Source of the DNA: Terrimicrobiaceae bacterium | GTDB taxonomy: Bacteria; Verrucomicrobiota; Verrucomicrobiia; Chthoniobacterales; Terrimicrobiaceae | Reading direction: 5' to 3' | Assembly (NCBI GenBank): GCA_041752695.1 | Contig: JBGSVZ010000084.1 | Location: forward strand, 1 to 34,349 | DNA length: 34,349 nucleotides | Shown here: positions 1-9,468 of the stretch, one piece after another | Layout: each line of letters starts with the position of its first letter | How positions within the stretch are numbered: the stretch's first letter is position 1 | Position numbers and translations under genes: made by a program | The notes under the pieces: model-generated | What the model was told of the DNA's origin: nothing | Seen by the model: only the letters and a program-made list of their open reading frames with translations | Database searches by the model: none

Positions 1-50
1 GAGAACCCCGGCGCTATACCACATCGCTGCAATTATCGAAGATTCGGTCA

Positions 51-290
51 CCACGCACCGGATCCTTGTAGCCATTTTTTCGAAAATTCCTCACTCCGGT
101 CATGCCGACCGGCTTCGGTGAATTAATCAGCGCTTCCCTAAGAGGCTGTCTATCGAGGCAAAGCCTGGGAGGCCGGGCCTTGGCACCCGGAGATGCAAAG
201 CGAAGTTTTTTCCATTTTGTCGAAAGACTCCTCACTTTAGCCACGCACCACGCGACGAATTTGCTGGACTAATTCCTCAAAATTCCTCAA
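51..290. repeat. Dispersed and tandem direct repeats upstream of lacI-like gene
   Basis: CCATTTTTTCGAAA-ATTCCTCACT (72-95) vs CCATTTTGTCGAAAGACTCCTCACT (212-236); CCACGCACC at 51-59 and 241-249; perfect tandem AATTCCTCAA x2 at 271-290. Confidence 0.7.
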
Positions 291-317
291 TTCGCGGGGA
301 GTGAATCTTTCCGCGCC

Positions 318-1445
318 TTGATTGCCGACCTGCCAAAAAGCCCTTCGACCGAAAAACCGCCGACCCTTGCCGACCTTGGGCGGATTTTGGGACTTAGCAA
401 GAGGGCGGTGTCCCAGGCACTTAACGAACGAGATGGTACGGTCAAAGTCAGTGCCGCCACCCGGGAGCGGGTCCAATCTTTGGCCAAGCAGATGGGCTAT
501 CGGCAAAACATGGCCGCTGCGGCGTTGAGCACTGGACGGACCGGACAGTTCGGCATCCTTGCCCCAGTTGGCCGAATGCATGTGAATGCGACCCATCTCG
601 CCAGTGCGGTGGATGCTTTTGGGGAATTCGGAATCTCACCGATCGTGGTCTATTCCAGCGCGAAATCGGCGGACGGCCAGGAGAGCAATCTTTCCGCGCT
701 CATTGGTGCCCGCCTGGACGGAGTTGTCCTTCTTAATCGGCAGCCGCATTTTACCGATGAACACGTGGACGAACTCCGTCGCTTTGGCATTTCCGTCGTC
801 CAGGTGGGCTCTACGGTAGCGTCCCCTTCGACCTGTCATTATCTGACGGACCGAAAACAGGCGTTCCAATTGATTTTTGATCACCTGGTAGAGCAGGGAT
901 ACCGGCGGGTCGGCGCGATTGTGGGCGGAGAGATTGGATCCCAAGGTTCCGGCCTGCGTTCGACCGCAGGTACCCAAACTCGCATGGCAATTTTGGAAGC
1001 CGCCAATATCGTGCGCAATCGAGGCATCGATCTTAGGCTGCAAATTCATGACGCCATTGTCGATGCCACGGTTTTGGACGACGTGCACCCCCTCTATGCT
1101 CCGGGTTACCGATGCATGAAGCAGATTATTCGCGATCAGGAAGTTTCGGAAGTCACGGTCTGTCAGGTGGACGGTTGGGCCTGGGGCGCCATGCGCGCTT
1201 GTGCCGACGCGGGAATTCGCATCCCGCACGATATGGCGATTACGGGCTACAGTAATGAGCCGGCGTGTTCGGCCACCTATCTCCCGCTGACGAGTGTGGA
1301 CGAACCGTTTGACAAAATGTGCCAGGCCGCGGTCCAGGAATTAGTGCATGGCGTGCGAGAAAACCGGCCCCTTGTTCAACACGCAGTGGTCATGCCCTGC
1401 CGCCTCGTGATCCGGCAATCCTCGCTGCGCGCCGCAGCCGTATAA
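318..1445 (+). CDS. LacI-family transcriptional regulator
   Basis: HTH PTLADLGRILGLSKRAVSQALN, hinge TRERVQSLAKQMGYRQNMAAAAL, C-terminal GIRIPHDMAITGY...PLTSV...RLVIRQS; start codon (TTG) uncertain. Confidence 0.93.
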   Translation: MIADLPKSPSTEKPPTLADLGRILGLSKRAVSQALNERDGTVKVSAATRERVQSLAKQMGYRQNMAAAALSTGRTGQFGILAPVGRMHVNATHLASAVDAFGEFGISPIVVYSSAKSADGQESNLSALIGARLDGVVLLNRQPHFTDEHVDELRRFGISVVQVGSTVASPSTCHYLTDRKQAFQLIFDHLVEQGYRRVGAIVGGEIGSQGSGLRSTAGTQTRMAILEAANIVRNRGIDLRLQIHDAIVDATVLDDVHPLYAPGYRCMKQIIRDQEVSEVTVCQVDGWAWGAMRACADAGIRIPHDMAITGYSNEPACSATYLPLTSVDEPFDKMCQAAVQELVHGVRENRPLVQHAVVMPCRLVIRQSSLRAAAV

Positions 1446-1509
1446 CGACGTTTCTTTTCGTGCGTAATTTGCTTGAGCTATAGACTGGATCTCCCTAATT
1501 CATCGGTGA

Positions 1510-3072
1510 ATGGATTTGCTGCCTGCTGCTGAACGTTGTTGCCCGGTCCCATCTGACCGGCGACGTGTTCTTCTCGCGAGCCTCTGGCATGAAACAAACA
1601 CGTTTGTCTCGGGGACCACCGCTTTGGGCGACTTTTTGTGTTCGGAAGCGGAGGCGGTCCTGGCGATGCGCGATGATGGGTCGCAGATGGGGGCGATCCT
1701 CAGTCTCTCTGAAGAGTTGGGATGGCATATTTTGCCAGGACCGTGTTTTCGCGCCAAGCCATCAGGGCGGGTAGAGGATGACGTGCTTGTTGCTTTCCTG
1801 GACTCTTTAATCCGGGCCTTCGCGGCAGCTTCCAAGGACGGATTGGACGCAGTTTTCCTTTTTCTGCACGGTGCCATGGTGACGGTTTCAGAAGATGATG
1901 TCGCTGGCCGGGTCGTCTCGGAAGTCCGGCAATTGGCGGGTTCGGCTCTTCCGGTGGCCGTGGTGATCGACCCGCACGCCAATGTGAGTCCGCGTCTGGC
2001 TTCCCTCAGCAATCTTCTCTTTTCTTATCGGAAAAACCCGCACACCGACGCGGTCGAAACCGCCATCCAAGCGGCCGGGTTGCTCAACCGTGTGATCCGG
2101 GAGAAACTCCGCACAGAGGTTTTACACTGGCGGTTTCCTGTGGTGTGGCCGCCGACGGGAACCGCGTCCGCCGACCGCCCGTTACAACCTCTCCTGGATC
2201 AGGCTCGTCGTACGGAAGGAGAAGATATTCTCAGGGTTAACGTCTGTCCTGGATTTGCCCACGCAGACACGCCTGATACGGGACTATCCATAACAATAGT
2301 GCACCTCAAAGGGGAGGGGAGACCACCAGGGAGTGAGGAACTGATCCGTCCCTTTCGTCGTCTCGTTCAGGACGGGCTTCGTGAGGGATTTCCCGCGGAG
2401 TGGGATTTGGGGCAAGCCGTTGAAACAGCGCTGTCGTGCGGCGAGTTTCCCTGCCTTCTGGTCGAGCCTTCGGATAATGTGGGGGGCGGAGCTCCAGGCG
2501 ACGGAACTTGGGTGTTACAACATTTGATCGAAAGGGGGGCTCGGGGAAGCGGGGTGGTGCTTTGTGATCCTGAGGCGGTAAAAATCGCATGGCCAGTCTT
2601 GGAGGGTGAAACCATTCCTCTCGTGGTGGGAGGGAAATCGGGTCCGCTCGCCGGAGGCCCGGTTGTGCTACGAGCCAGGATTGTCCGAAAAACAAACGGT
2701 TCGTTTTCCGTGGAGGACAAAAACAATCATACGGTGGGCGCAGGCGGGCATGTTGTTCGGATGGGGCCGACCGTCCTTCTGGAGTCTCAGGGGATTTGGA
2801 TTCTTCTCAATTCGATCAAGACGATGCCTTCCGACCTTGGGCAATGGAGGTGTGTCGGAATCAATCCCGAAGAACTGATGTTCATTGGAATTAAAGCAGC
2901 CGTGGCCCATCGCCGTGCTTATGCTCCGATTGCGAGACAGTCTTACACGATCTCGACTCCGGGCCCCTGCGGGAGCGATCTGGAGGCTCTCTTATACCAC
3001 AAGCTCCAACGTCCAATTTTTCCGCTCGATCCCGTGGAGTTCTTTGATGCGGTGCCGGCAGAACGTTCATGA
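1510..3072 (+). CDS. M81 family metallopeptidase/amidohydrolase (MlrC-like)
   Basis: Motifs HETNTF, LHGAM, DPHAN, YRKNPHTD, DNVGGGAPGD; C-terminal RPIFPLD typical of the MlrC family. Confidence 0.9.
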   Translation: MDLLPAAERCCPVPSDRRRVLLASLWHETNTFVSGTTALGDFLCSEAEAVLAMRDDGSQMGAILSLSEELGWHILPGPCFRAKPSGRVEDDVLVAFLDSLIRAFAAASKDGLDAVFLFLHGAMVTVSEDDVAGRVVSEVRQLAGSALPVAVVIDPHANVSPRLASLSNLLFSYRKNPHTDAVETAIQAAGLLNRVIREKLRTEVLHWRFPVVWPPTGTASADRPLQPLLDQARRTEGEDILRVNVCPGFAHADTPDTGLSITIVHLKGEGRPPGSEELIRPFRRLVQDGLREGFPAEWDLGQAVETALSCGEFPCLLVEPSDNVGGGAPGDGTWVLQHLIERGARGSGVVLCDPEAVKIAWPVLEGETIPLVVGGKSGPLAGGPVVLRARIVRKTNGSFSVEDKNNHTVGAGGHVVRMGPTVLLESQGIWILLNSIKTMPSDLGQWRCVGINPEELMFIGIKAAVAHRRAYAPIARQSYTISTPGPCGSDLEALLYHKLQRPIFPLDPVEFFDAVPAERS

Positions 3073-5438
3073 AAAGCTCATTTGCGATTCTGCTGGCCAC
3101 GGTTTTCGCCCTGACCGTTTCCGCGTCGGCCCAAACGGACCCCCTGGTGACCTTGCGTGTCTCGGGTTTGCCGATGCCTAATGCGACGGAACCCATCCAG
3201 GTCGCCGAGCTCAAGGTGCAGGCGGAATTTCAGCGCCGGTATCCTGGCATCACGTTGGTTGCAGCGGAAGGGATTCGACTGGAAAATACGGTTAGCGAAG
3301 TCACGACCCTCATGATGATCGCGGGCGGTATTGCGCCGGATGTCCTGCGGATGAATTTTCGCAGCATCGACACCTTTGTTCGAAAGGGCATGGTGGCACC
3401 GCTCGAACCCTTTCTGGCAGCGGAAGAAGTGGCCGTCCGGTCGGAGATCGAAGCGCGAATTCCCCCACAGGTTTTGCCGGTGGTGGATCGCAATGGTCCT
3501 GACGGCCAGCGGCACTTTTACGCCCTGCCGACGCGTTTCATGTTCACCGGGCTCTATTTCAACAGGGAACTTTTCCAGAGGGCGGGATTACCGGCGCGTC
3601 CGCCAAAGGATTGGGCGGAGCTTGTGGATTTCAGCCGGCGGCTCAAACAACTGGATTCCCGCATTAACCCGGTCTTTCTGCCAGGGGGAGCTTCCGCGAG
3701 CTGGACGTTGCTGAATTTTCTCTGGTCATCCGGTGCCGAAGCCGTGGTGGAAACGCAGCCCGATGAATGGCGGGCTGTCTTCGACACTCCCGACGCAGTC
3801 ACGGCGTATGAATTCTACTTTCAGCTTGTCGAGGGGGAGAGACTGGTGCAGCGCGGAGGACAAATCAGCAGTCCCCAGGAGCAGGAGCGCACGGGCATGC
3901 TTTTCGGCTATGTCGGTGACTCCATAGCCTTCGACCCCGAGCAGTTTGGATTTGGCCCCGTTCCGGCCGGTCCGGGCGGCCTACGAGGTTCCGAAATCAA
4001 TGCGAATGTCCTCGGCATTTTTTCCGGGGTGACCGATCCGGCCGTGCGGCTGGCCGCCTGGCAATACATCCGCTTTCTCGCCAGTGCTGATGCGGAGAGG
4101 CTCAGAGTCGAGACCCTCGTCGAAATGGGCCTCGCGGCGCAGGTGAATCCCGTGCTCCTCCGCCGGTTTGGTTTCACGCAATATCTTAGCCTGATGCCGC
4201 CGGGTGTTGAGGACGCGTTTCTTCAGGCGCTCGAGTCCGGAAAACCTGAGCCCTATGGCAGGAACTGCAATCTGGTCTATTCGGAAATGACCTATCCCCT
4301 CGACAAAATCCTGCTCGATCCCGTCATCGCACAAGCCTGGCGAGAAGGTCGAATGGAGGATGTGCGCAGACAAATGGGGGAAATCCTCACCACCGCGGTC
4401 AAGCGGACCAACGAGCGGATGCTCGGTTACGTTCCCGAAGAAACCATGCGCTTTCGCCGCTGGGTCACGGGAGGAGTGGTGGTGGCAATGTTCGGCATTT
4501 TTGTCTGGGTTGGCGTGCATGTGAGCCGGGTCTTTTCCGCCGCGTCCCGAGGCGTGTCGCAGCCGGTCTCCGGCCGCGGGTATTTGCCCTGGCTCTTCCT
4601 TGCCCCAGCTCTTCTTCTGGTTTTCTCCTGGAAATACATTCCCCTCTTTCGCGGAACGCTCATGGCTTTTCAGGACTACCAGTTAGTCCTTCCCTCCACC
4701 TTTGTGGGGCTGGATAACTTTGCCAACGTTCTTTTCGACCCCACTTTTTGGAACTCTCTGCTGGCAACTTTGCATTATGCAATGTGGGTGCTCACTCTGG
4801 GTTTTGCCGCACCCGTTTTGCTGGCCTATGCGCTCCATCTCATCCCCAAACATAAGCTCGCATTCCGCATTTTGTATTATCTTCCGGCCGTAATCAGCGC
4901 CACGGCGGTGTTTTTTCTTTGGCGTGAACTCTTCGGGGCGGACGGCCCGCTCAACACGATGTTCCGATGGGTGGGTTTTGAAATGCGGCGTTCCTGGACC
5001 GAGGAGCCTGCCCTCGCGATGCTTAGCTGCATTTTGCCCGGCATCTGGGCCGGGATGGGCCCGGGATGCCTAATCTATCTGGCCGCCCTCAAAACGATAC
5101 CCACTGAGCAATTCGAGGCTGCCGAGCTTGATGGCGCGACCTTTCTGCACAAGACCAAGCTGATCGTATTTCCGAACCTGAAGGCCTTGTTGATCATCAA
5201 TTTCACCGGCGCGGTGGCCGCAGCCTTCCATGGCGCGACGAATATCCTTCTGATGACCGGCGGCGGACCCAATGGTGCGACCGAAGTGACTTCACTTTTG
5301 ATTTTCTTCGAGGCGTTCACCCGTCTCCGACTCGGTCATGCCACTGCCATGGCGTGGATTTTGGGTAGTCTGTTGATTGGGATCACCGTTCTGCAGCTGC
5401 AAAGGCTGAGTAAAATGGAGTTCAAGACCGCTAAATAG
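3069..5438 (+). CDS. Fused extracellular solute-binding protein (family 1) + carbohydrate ABC permease (MalF-like)
   Basis: Signal peptide ending ASA-QT; SBP motifs GGIAPDV, LYFNRELFQRAGL..PPKDWAEL; C-terminal permease FVGLDNF, YYLPAVIS, EAA loop FEAAELDGA; ATGA overlap with upstream gene. Confidence 0.9.
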   Translation: MKSSFAILLATVFALTVSASAQTDPLVTLRVSGLPMPNATEPIQVAELKVQAEFQRRYPGITLVAAEGIRLENTVSEVTTLMMIAGGIAPDVLRMNFRSIDTFVRKGMVAPLEPFLAAEEVAVRSEIEARIPPQVLPVVDRNGPDGQRHFYALPTRFMFTGLYFNRELFQRAGLPARPPKDWAELVDFSRRLKQLDSRINPVFLPGGASASWTLLNFLWSSGAEAVVETQPDEWRAVFDTPDAVTAYEFYFQLVEGERLVQRGGQISSPQEQERTGMLFGYVGDSIAFDPEQFGFGPVPAGPGGLRGSEINANVLGIFSGVTDPAVRLAAWQYIRFLASADAERLRVETLVEMGLAAQVNPVLLRRFGFTQYLSLMPPGVEDAFLQALESGKPEPYGRNCNLVYSEMTYPLDKILLDPVIAQAWREGRMEDVRRQMGEILTTAVKRTNERMLGYVPEETMRFRRWVTGGVVVAMFGIFVWVGVHVSRVFSAASRGVSQPVSGRGYLPWLFLAPALLLVFSWKYIPLFRGTLMAFQDYQLVLPSTFVGLDNFANVLFDPTFWNSLLATLHYAMWVLTLGFAAPVLLAYALHLIPKHKLAFRILYYLPAVISATAVFFLWRELFGADGPLNTMFRWVGFEMRRSWTEEPALAMLSCILPGIWAGMGPGCLIYLAALKTIPTEQFEAAELDGATFLHKTKLIVFPNLKALLIINFTGAVAAAFHGATNILLMTGGGPNGATEVTSLLIFFEAFTRLRLGHATAMAWILGSLLIGITVLQLQRLSKMEFKTAK

Positions 5439-5440
5439 TC

Positions 5441-7147
5441 ATGTTCTTTTCTCCCATCTCGGAAAGATCCTTGCGTGTTAGATTGCTTTACGGTGCGATT
5501 TACGTCGTTCTTGGTTTGGGGGCGATCACCATGGTGGTGCCCTTCCTCATCATGCTCACCGGATCGGTCGAGCAAAAATCCGATGCTGGAGGTCTGCAGA
5601 TTTTTCCCGCCTACCTGGTGGAGGAGGGAGCCCTTTGGGAACGGTACGCCGAAACCAGATACCACGGACTGGGTGATCTTCTTAGGATGGCCTGGAGTGA
5701 GCCCTCCGCGTCTTTTCGCGACACCCGCCGGTTTTTGGTTCCAGAGGATCCGTCCCGGGACGATGCGATGATCGCCCTCTGGGAGGAGTTCCGCGAAAAG
5801 GTCACCTTGGAAGAAAAACTCTTTTGCGTCGGATGGCTCAGACCCAACACTCGGATGCCGGCCTTTGCCAACCGGCTGTTTCAAACCTGGCTGTTGCAGA
5901 AATACGGAGCACTTGATGAGGTCAACGAAGCGCTTGGAACCGCCTTTGACCGTATCACAAGGATTCAGGCCCCACGGGTGCGTATCGATGGGTCGCCACT
6001 TCCCCGGACGGTGCTGGTGCAGGACTTTGTGGAGTTTTCCGCCTCACTTCCGTCCGACCGGAAATTCCTCTTCGATGCGGGGGGATATTACCGCACCAAG
6101 GTTCTGCCTCTTCTCGTTGGTTCACGTATTCAGGACTACAATGCCCGCTTTGGCACCGAGTATCGTTCTTTCCAGGACGTGCCGTTTCCCGAACTGGCTC
6201 CCGTGGCCGGTGCGGAGCCGTGGCATTATTTTGTCTCGCGTCTTTTGCGTACGGATTTTATCGAATTGACCGAACCGGGCCGGGCAAGGCTCGCCACCAC
6301 GGCGCTCTCGCGGGAGGAATTTATCCGCACGCTGGCTCAGCCCGGGGACCTTGCGGTGAGAACGGCCGACACGATTTTTGGCACATGGGCCGCCGCGCAA
6401 GGTCTTGTGGACGCCCGTATTCCGCAATTGGCCCTGGACCGGCAGGCGTTTGCGAAAGAAAAGGCCTTCTGGCGGTGGGAACTGGCCGCCTTGAACTACC
6501 GTTATGTTTGGGACGAGATCTCGGGTCATGGGGGGGCGATTCGCAATACGGTGATCTTGATCGTCCTCTCCATCGGTGGTGCCCTGTTGGTGAATCCCCT
6601 CGCGGCCTACGCCCTTTCCCGGTTCAAAATGCGGGCGACCTACCAGATTTTGCTTTTCTGCCTCGCCACTATAGCCTTCCCGGCGGAGGTCACCCTCATT
6701 CCGGTCTTCCTTCAGCTTAAGGAACTGAGTCTTCTTAATACTTTTGGTGCCCTGGTTCTGCCGGGGATTGCGAATGGATTTTCAATTTTCCTGCTCAAGG
6801 GCTTCTTCGACAGTTTGCCGCGGGAGCTGTATGAGGCAGCGGAGATCGATGGAGCCAGTGAATGGACCACCTTCTGGAACATTACGATGACCCTCTCGAA
6901 ACCCATCCTTGCCGTGATCGCGCTGGATGCCTTCGTTTCCGCGTATGGGATGTTTTTCTTTGCGCTGATCCTGGCTCCCGATCCGAAGATCTGGACCATT
7001 ATGGTTTATGTTTACCAGTTGCGGCAGGGAGTCGCTTCCCCCGTTGTCTATGCGTCGCTCATCCTGACCGCTATTCCTACTCTCATTGTCTTCGTCACCT
7101 GCCAGAAAATCATTCTGCGCGGGCTGGTCGTTCCCTCCGAAAAATAA
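5441..7147 (+). CDS. Carbohydrate ABC permease (MalG-like) with ~300-aa extracytoplasmic insertion
   Basis: N-terminal TM ending MVVPFLIML; C-terminal AAYALSRF, FPAEVTLIP, FLLKGFFDSLPRELYEAAEIDGA; 568 aa versus about 280 for ordinary MalG-type permeases. Confidence 0.9.
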   Translation: MFFSPISERSLRVRLLYGAIYVVLGLGAITMVVPFLIMLTGSVEQKSDAGGLQIFPAYLVEEGALWERYAETRYHGLGDLLRMAWSEPSASFRDTRRFLVPEDPSRDDAMIALWEEFREKVTLEEKLFCVGWLRPNTRMPAFANRLFQTWLLQKYGALDEVNEALGTAFDRITRIQAPRVRIDGSPLPRTVLVQDFVEFSASLPSDRKFLFDAGGYYRTKVLPLLVGSRIQDYNARFGTEYRSFQDVPFPELAPVAGAEPWHYFVSRLLRTDFIELTEPGRARLATTALSREEFIRTLAQPGDLAVRTADTIFGTWAAAQGLVDARIPQLALDRQAFAKEKAFWRWELAALNYRYVWDEISGHGGAIRNTVILIVLSIGGALLVNPLAAYALSRFKMRATYQILLFCLATIAFPAEVTLIPVFLQLKELSLLNTFGALVLPGIANGFSIFLLKGFFDSLPRELYEAAEIDGASEWTTFWNITMTLSKPILAVIALDAFVSAYGMFFFALILAPDPKIWTIMVYVYQLRQGVASPVVYASLILTAIPTLIVFVTCQKIILRGLVVPSEK

Positions 7148-7160
7148 CCCGCACCCATCC

Positions 7161-7955
7161 ATGTATTGGCACGAACTTACTTCTCCGGAGATCGATCGTC
7201 TCGACCGGGAAATTCCGGTCGTCATTCCGTTGGCCTCCTGCGAGCAGCATGGACGGCACCTACCGCTTTTCGTCGATACCTTGCAAATCGATGCGATTCT
7301 CGATCGAGTCCGGGCCAGCCTGTCGGACGAAATTGTCGTTCTGCCAACCCTATGGCTGGGCTCGTCCCACCATCATCTTGATTTTCCCGGGACTCTTAGC
7401 GTTCGTCCGAAACTCTATGCCGAAATGATTCAGGAGCTAGCCCGGTGCCTGCTTACCCACGGGTTTCGCCGCCTCTTTTTTCTCAACGGACACGGGGGGA
7501 ATCTGGTTCCGGCCTCGCATGCCCTGACGGACCTGATCGTCAATGACGAGCGGGCCGATGCGGCCCATATCGCCTTGGCTTCCTGGTGGAGTGTTGCGTC
7601 CTCCGTCATGGCGGCGGAAACCCATCAGATGGAAACCCCTCGTCTCACCCATGCCTGCGAATATGAGACGTCTCTTATTCTGGCCATTCGCGAGGATCTC
7701 GTAAAGTTGAGCGAGATTACACCGGATCATCTGGAAAAGCCGCGTGTCTGGGCGACGGACCAGCGCTGGCAGGGAAAGGTCGAAGGATTTCATCGTTTCC
7801 ATCGCTGGACCTCCACCGGACACATGGGTCGTCCGGAATTGGCTTCCCGGGAAAAGGGCGAATCGCTTCTCCTGGCGGTCTCTCAGGCCGTGACGGTTTT
7901 TTTGCGCGACTTCCGCAGCTGGCCTGCCATGGAACCCATTCGGATTGTGGAATGA
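7161..7955 (+). CDS. Creatininase-family amidohydrolase
   Basis: PLASCEQHGRHLP, SHHH.DFPGT, NGHGGN, HACEYETS; start moved to ATG 7161 (MYWHELTSPEI). Confidence 0.92.
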   Translation: MYWHELTSPEIDRLDREIPVVIPLASCEQHGRHLPLFVDTLQIDAILDRVRASLSDEIVVLPTLWLGSSHHHLDFPGTLSVRPKLYAEMIQELARCLLTHGFRRLFFLNGHGGNLVPASHALTDLIVNDERADAAHIALASWWSVASSVMAAETHQMETPRLTHACEYETSLILAIREDLVKLSEITPDHLEKPRVWATDQRWQGKVEGFHRFHRWTSTGHMGRPELASREKGESLLLAVSQAVTVFLRDFRSWPAMEPIRIVE

Positions 7956-8821
7956 GAGTGTCCGTAGGGGGTTCTTTTCCATGCCGATCCGTCGCCGCGG
8001 ATATTCCCGGTGCGGAGGGGCCGGTGACCGACAACGAAGGGCGGTTGTGGTGCGTGGCGCCTTCGAAGGGTGAAATCCTTCGAATCACCGAAAACGGGGA
8101 ACGGCAAGCTGTCGCCAACACCGGCGGCATGCCGGCTGGGCTTCAGTTGGATTCCCGAGGCCTTCTCTGGATCGCGGATATGCGAAAAGGCATTCTGAGC
8201 CTTGCCGAGGGAGGAGAGATCGTTGCGGAGGTGTCCGAATACGAGGGAGAGGCTCTCCGCGGATGCAACGATCTGTCTTTTGATCTGGCAGGCAACTTGT
8301 ATTTCACCGCACCCGCCGGTTCATCGGCTAAGAGTCCGTGCGGGGAGGCCTATTGTCGGCTCGCCAATGGCAAAGTTCGGCGGTTGGATGAGGGCTTTGC
8401 CTTCTGCAATGGGATCGCTGTTTCGGCCAATGGCAAAAGGGTGATTGTTGCGGAGACATTTACCCGAACGCTCTGGACTTACGAACTCAGCGCGCCGGGA
8501 GAAGTGAGTGTGAAAAAATGTTTTGCCGTCCTGCCGGGAACTCACCGGGTCGGACCAGATGGCATTGAGTTTGACGCCGCGGGGAATCTCATCGCGACCA
8601 ACTACGGAGAGGCGACGCTTGATGTCTTCGGCCCAGGCGGGAATCTGATGCGCCGAATCGCCCTTCCATTCGGAAAACCTTCCAATCTTCATTTCGCCGG
8701 ACCTGACTCCACGGAGCTTTATGTCACGGAGCATGACACCCACGCCGTCTGGCGTCTTGACTATGGAATGCCCGGACAGTTTCAGCCTGGCTGGACAAAA
8801 CCGGTTGGCGCAATGGTGTGA
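7952..8821 (+). CDS. SMP-30/gluconolactonase/LRE family protein
   Basis: AEGP, CNDL, CNGIAVS, PDGIEFDAAGNL, PSNLHF beta-propeller motifs; ATGA overlap. Confidence 0.92.
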   Translation: MRVSVGGSFPCRSVAADIPGAEGPVTDNEGRLWCVAPSKGEILRITENGERQAVANTGGMPAGLQLDSRGLLWIADMRKGILSLAEGGEIVAEVSEYEGEALRGCNDLSFDLAGNLYFTAPAGSSAKSPCGEAYCRLANGKVRRLDEGFAFCNGIAVSANGKRVIVAETFTRTLWTYELSAPGEVSVKKCFAVLPGTHRVGPDGIEFDAAGNLIATNYGEATLDVFGPGGNLMRRIALPFGKPSNLHFAGPDSTELYVTEHDTHAVWRLDYGMPGQFQPGWTKPVGAMV

Positions 8822-9468
8822 AAAAACGGCTCCGATTCGTTCGGACGGCCTTGATCGTCATGATCCTTTGCGGTGTCACGGGGTATGTTGTCACCCCCTG
8901 GCAGGGCAATGTCCGTAATTTTTCCCCCGAGGTTCTGGCGGAGAGGGAAACCAAAATGTGGCGGCATTATTACGAAAAACGATTTGTGGCCCTGGGATTT
9001 GGTCTGTACCGCACCGCGCGCGACCAGTTCGGGATCTCCCCCTGGCAAGCCTCCCGTATGGCGTGGGATCTGGCCTCGGCGGCGAAAGTTTTCCAACGCT
9101 CCCACAGTCGCAGGGAAGCGCAAAAGGCTCTTCCCTACCTGGAACTGGCTTATGGACGGCTGGCCCGATGCACGGGAGCCAACTTCAATATTCCCCAAGC
9201 AGCAGCGTTGGAACTGGATTGGTGGCAACTGCGGCGGGAGCATGCGCCCGCAGAACTCTATGCCCAAACAATCTCAGCCCTTGCCCGGGAGATTTACTCA
9301 CTCGGGGATGACCCCAGGATCCATCAAGCAGCATCACAGCGGGCCAGAGCGATGGCTTATCGGGACGCGCATCGAAAGACAGGAATGCGCGATGAAGATT
9401 GGAAAATTGTTGAGAAAGGTTTGCGGGATTCTTACGGCCAATTTCATGCGGCGCTCGCTCCCCCTTGA
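8818..9468 (+). CDS. Hypothetical helical protein with N-terminal membrane anchor/signal
   Basis: GTGA overlap with upstream gene; hydrophobic N-terminus; protein-like ETKMWRHYY and ELDWWQLRRE segments. Confidence 0.75.
   Translation: MKKRLRFVRTALIVMILCGVTGYVVTPWQGNVRNFSPEVLAERETKMWRHYYEKRFVALGFGLYRTARDQFGISPWQASRMAWDLASAAKVFQRSHSRREAQKALPYLELAYGRLARCTGANFNIPQAAALELDWWQLRREHAPAELYAQTISALAREIYSLGDDPRIHQAASQRARAMAYRDAHRKTGMRDEDWKIVEKGLRDSYGQFHAALAPP

Noticed and set aside
1446..1509. LacI operator upstream of the catabolic operon
   Set aside because: No convincing CG-centred palindrome found by eye
1510..3072. Microcystin degradation (mlr) cluster
   Set aside because: Only an MlrC-family gene is present; no mlrA, mlrB or mlrD, and the family is widespread
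7086..7160. N-terminal extensions in the ORF track (also ftsH, M20 peptidase, antitoxin, DUF456, TPR, pilin 1)
   Set aside because: They overlap neighbours or precede the family-typical N-terminus; downstream ATGs were used
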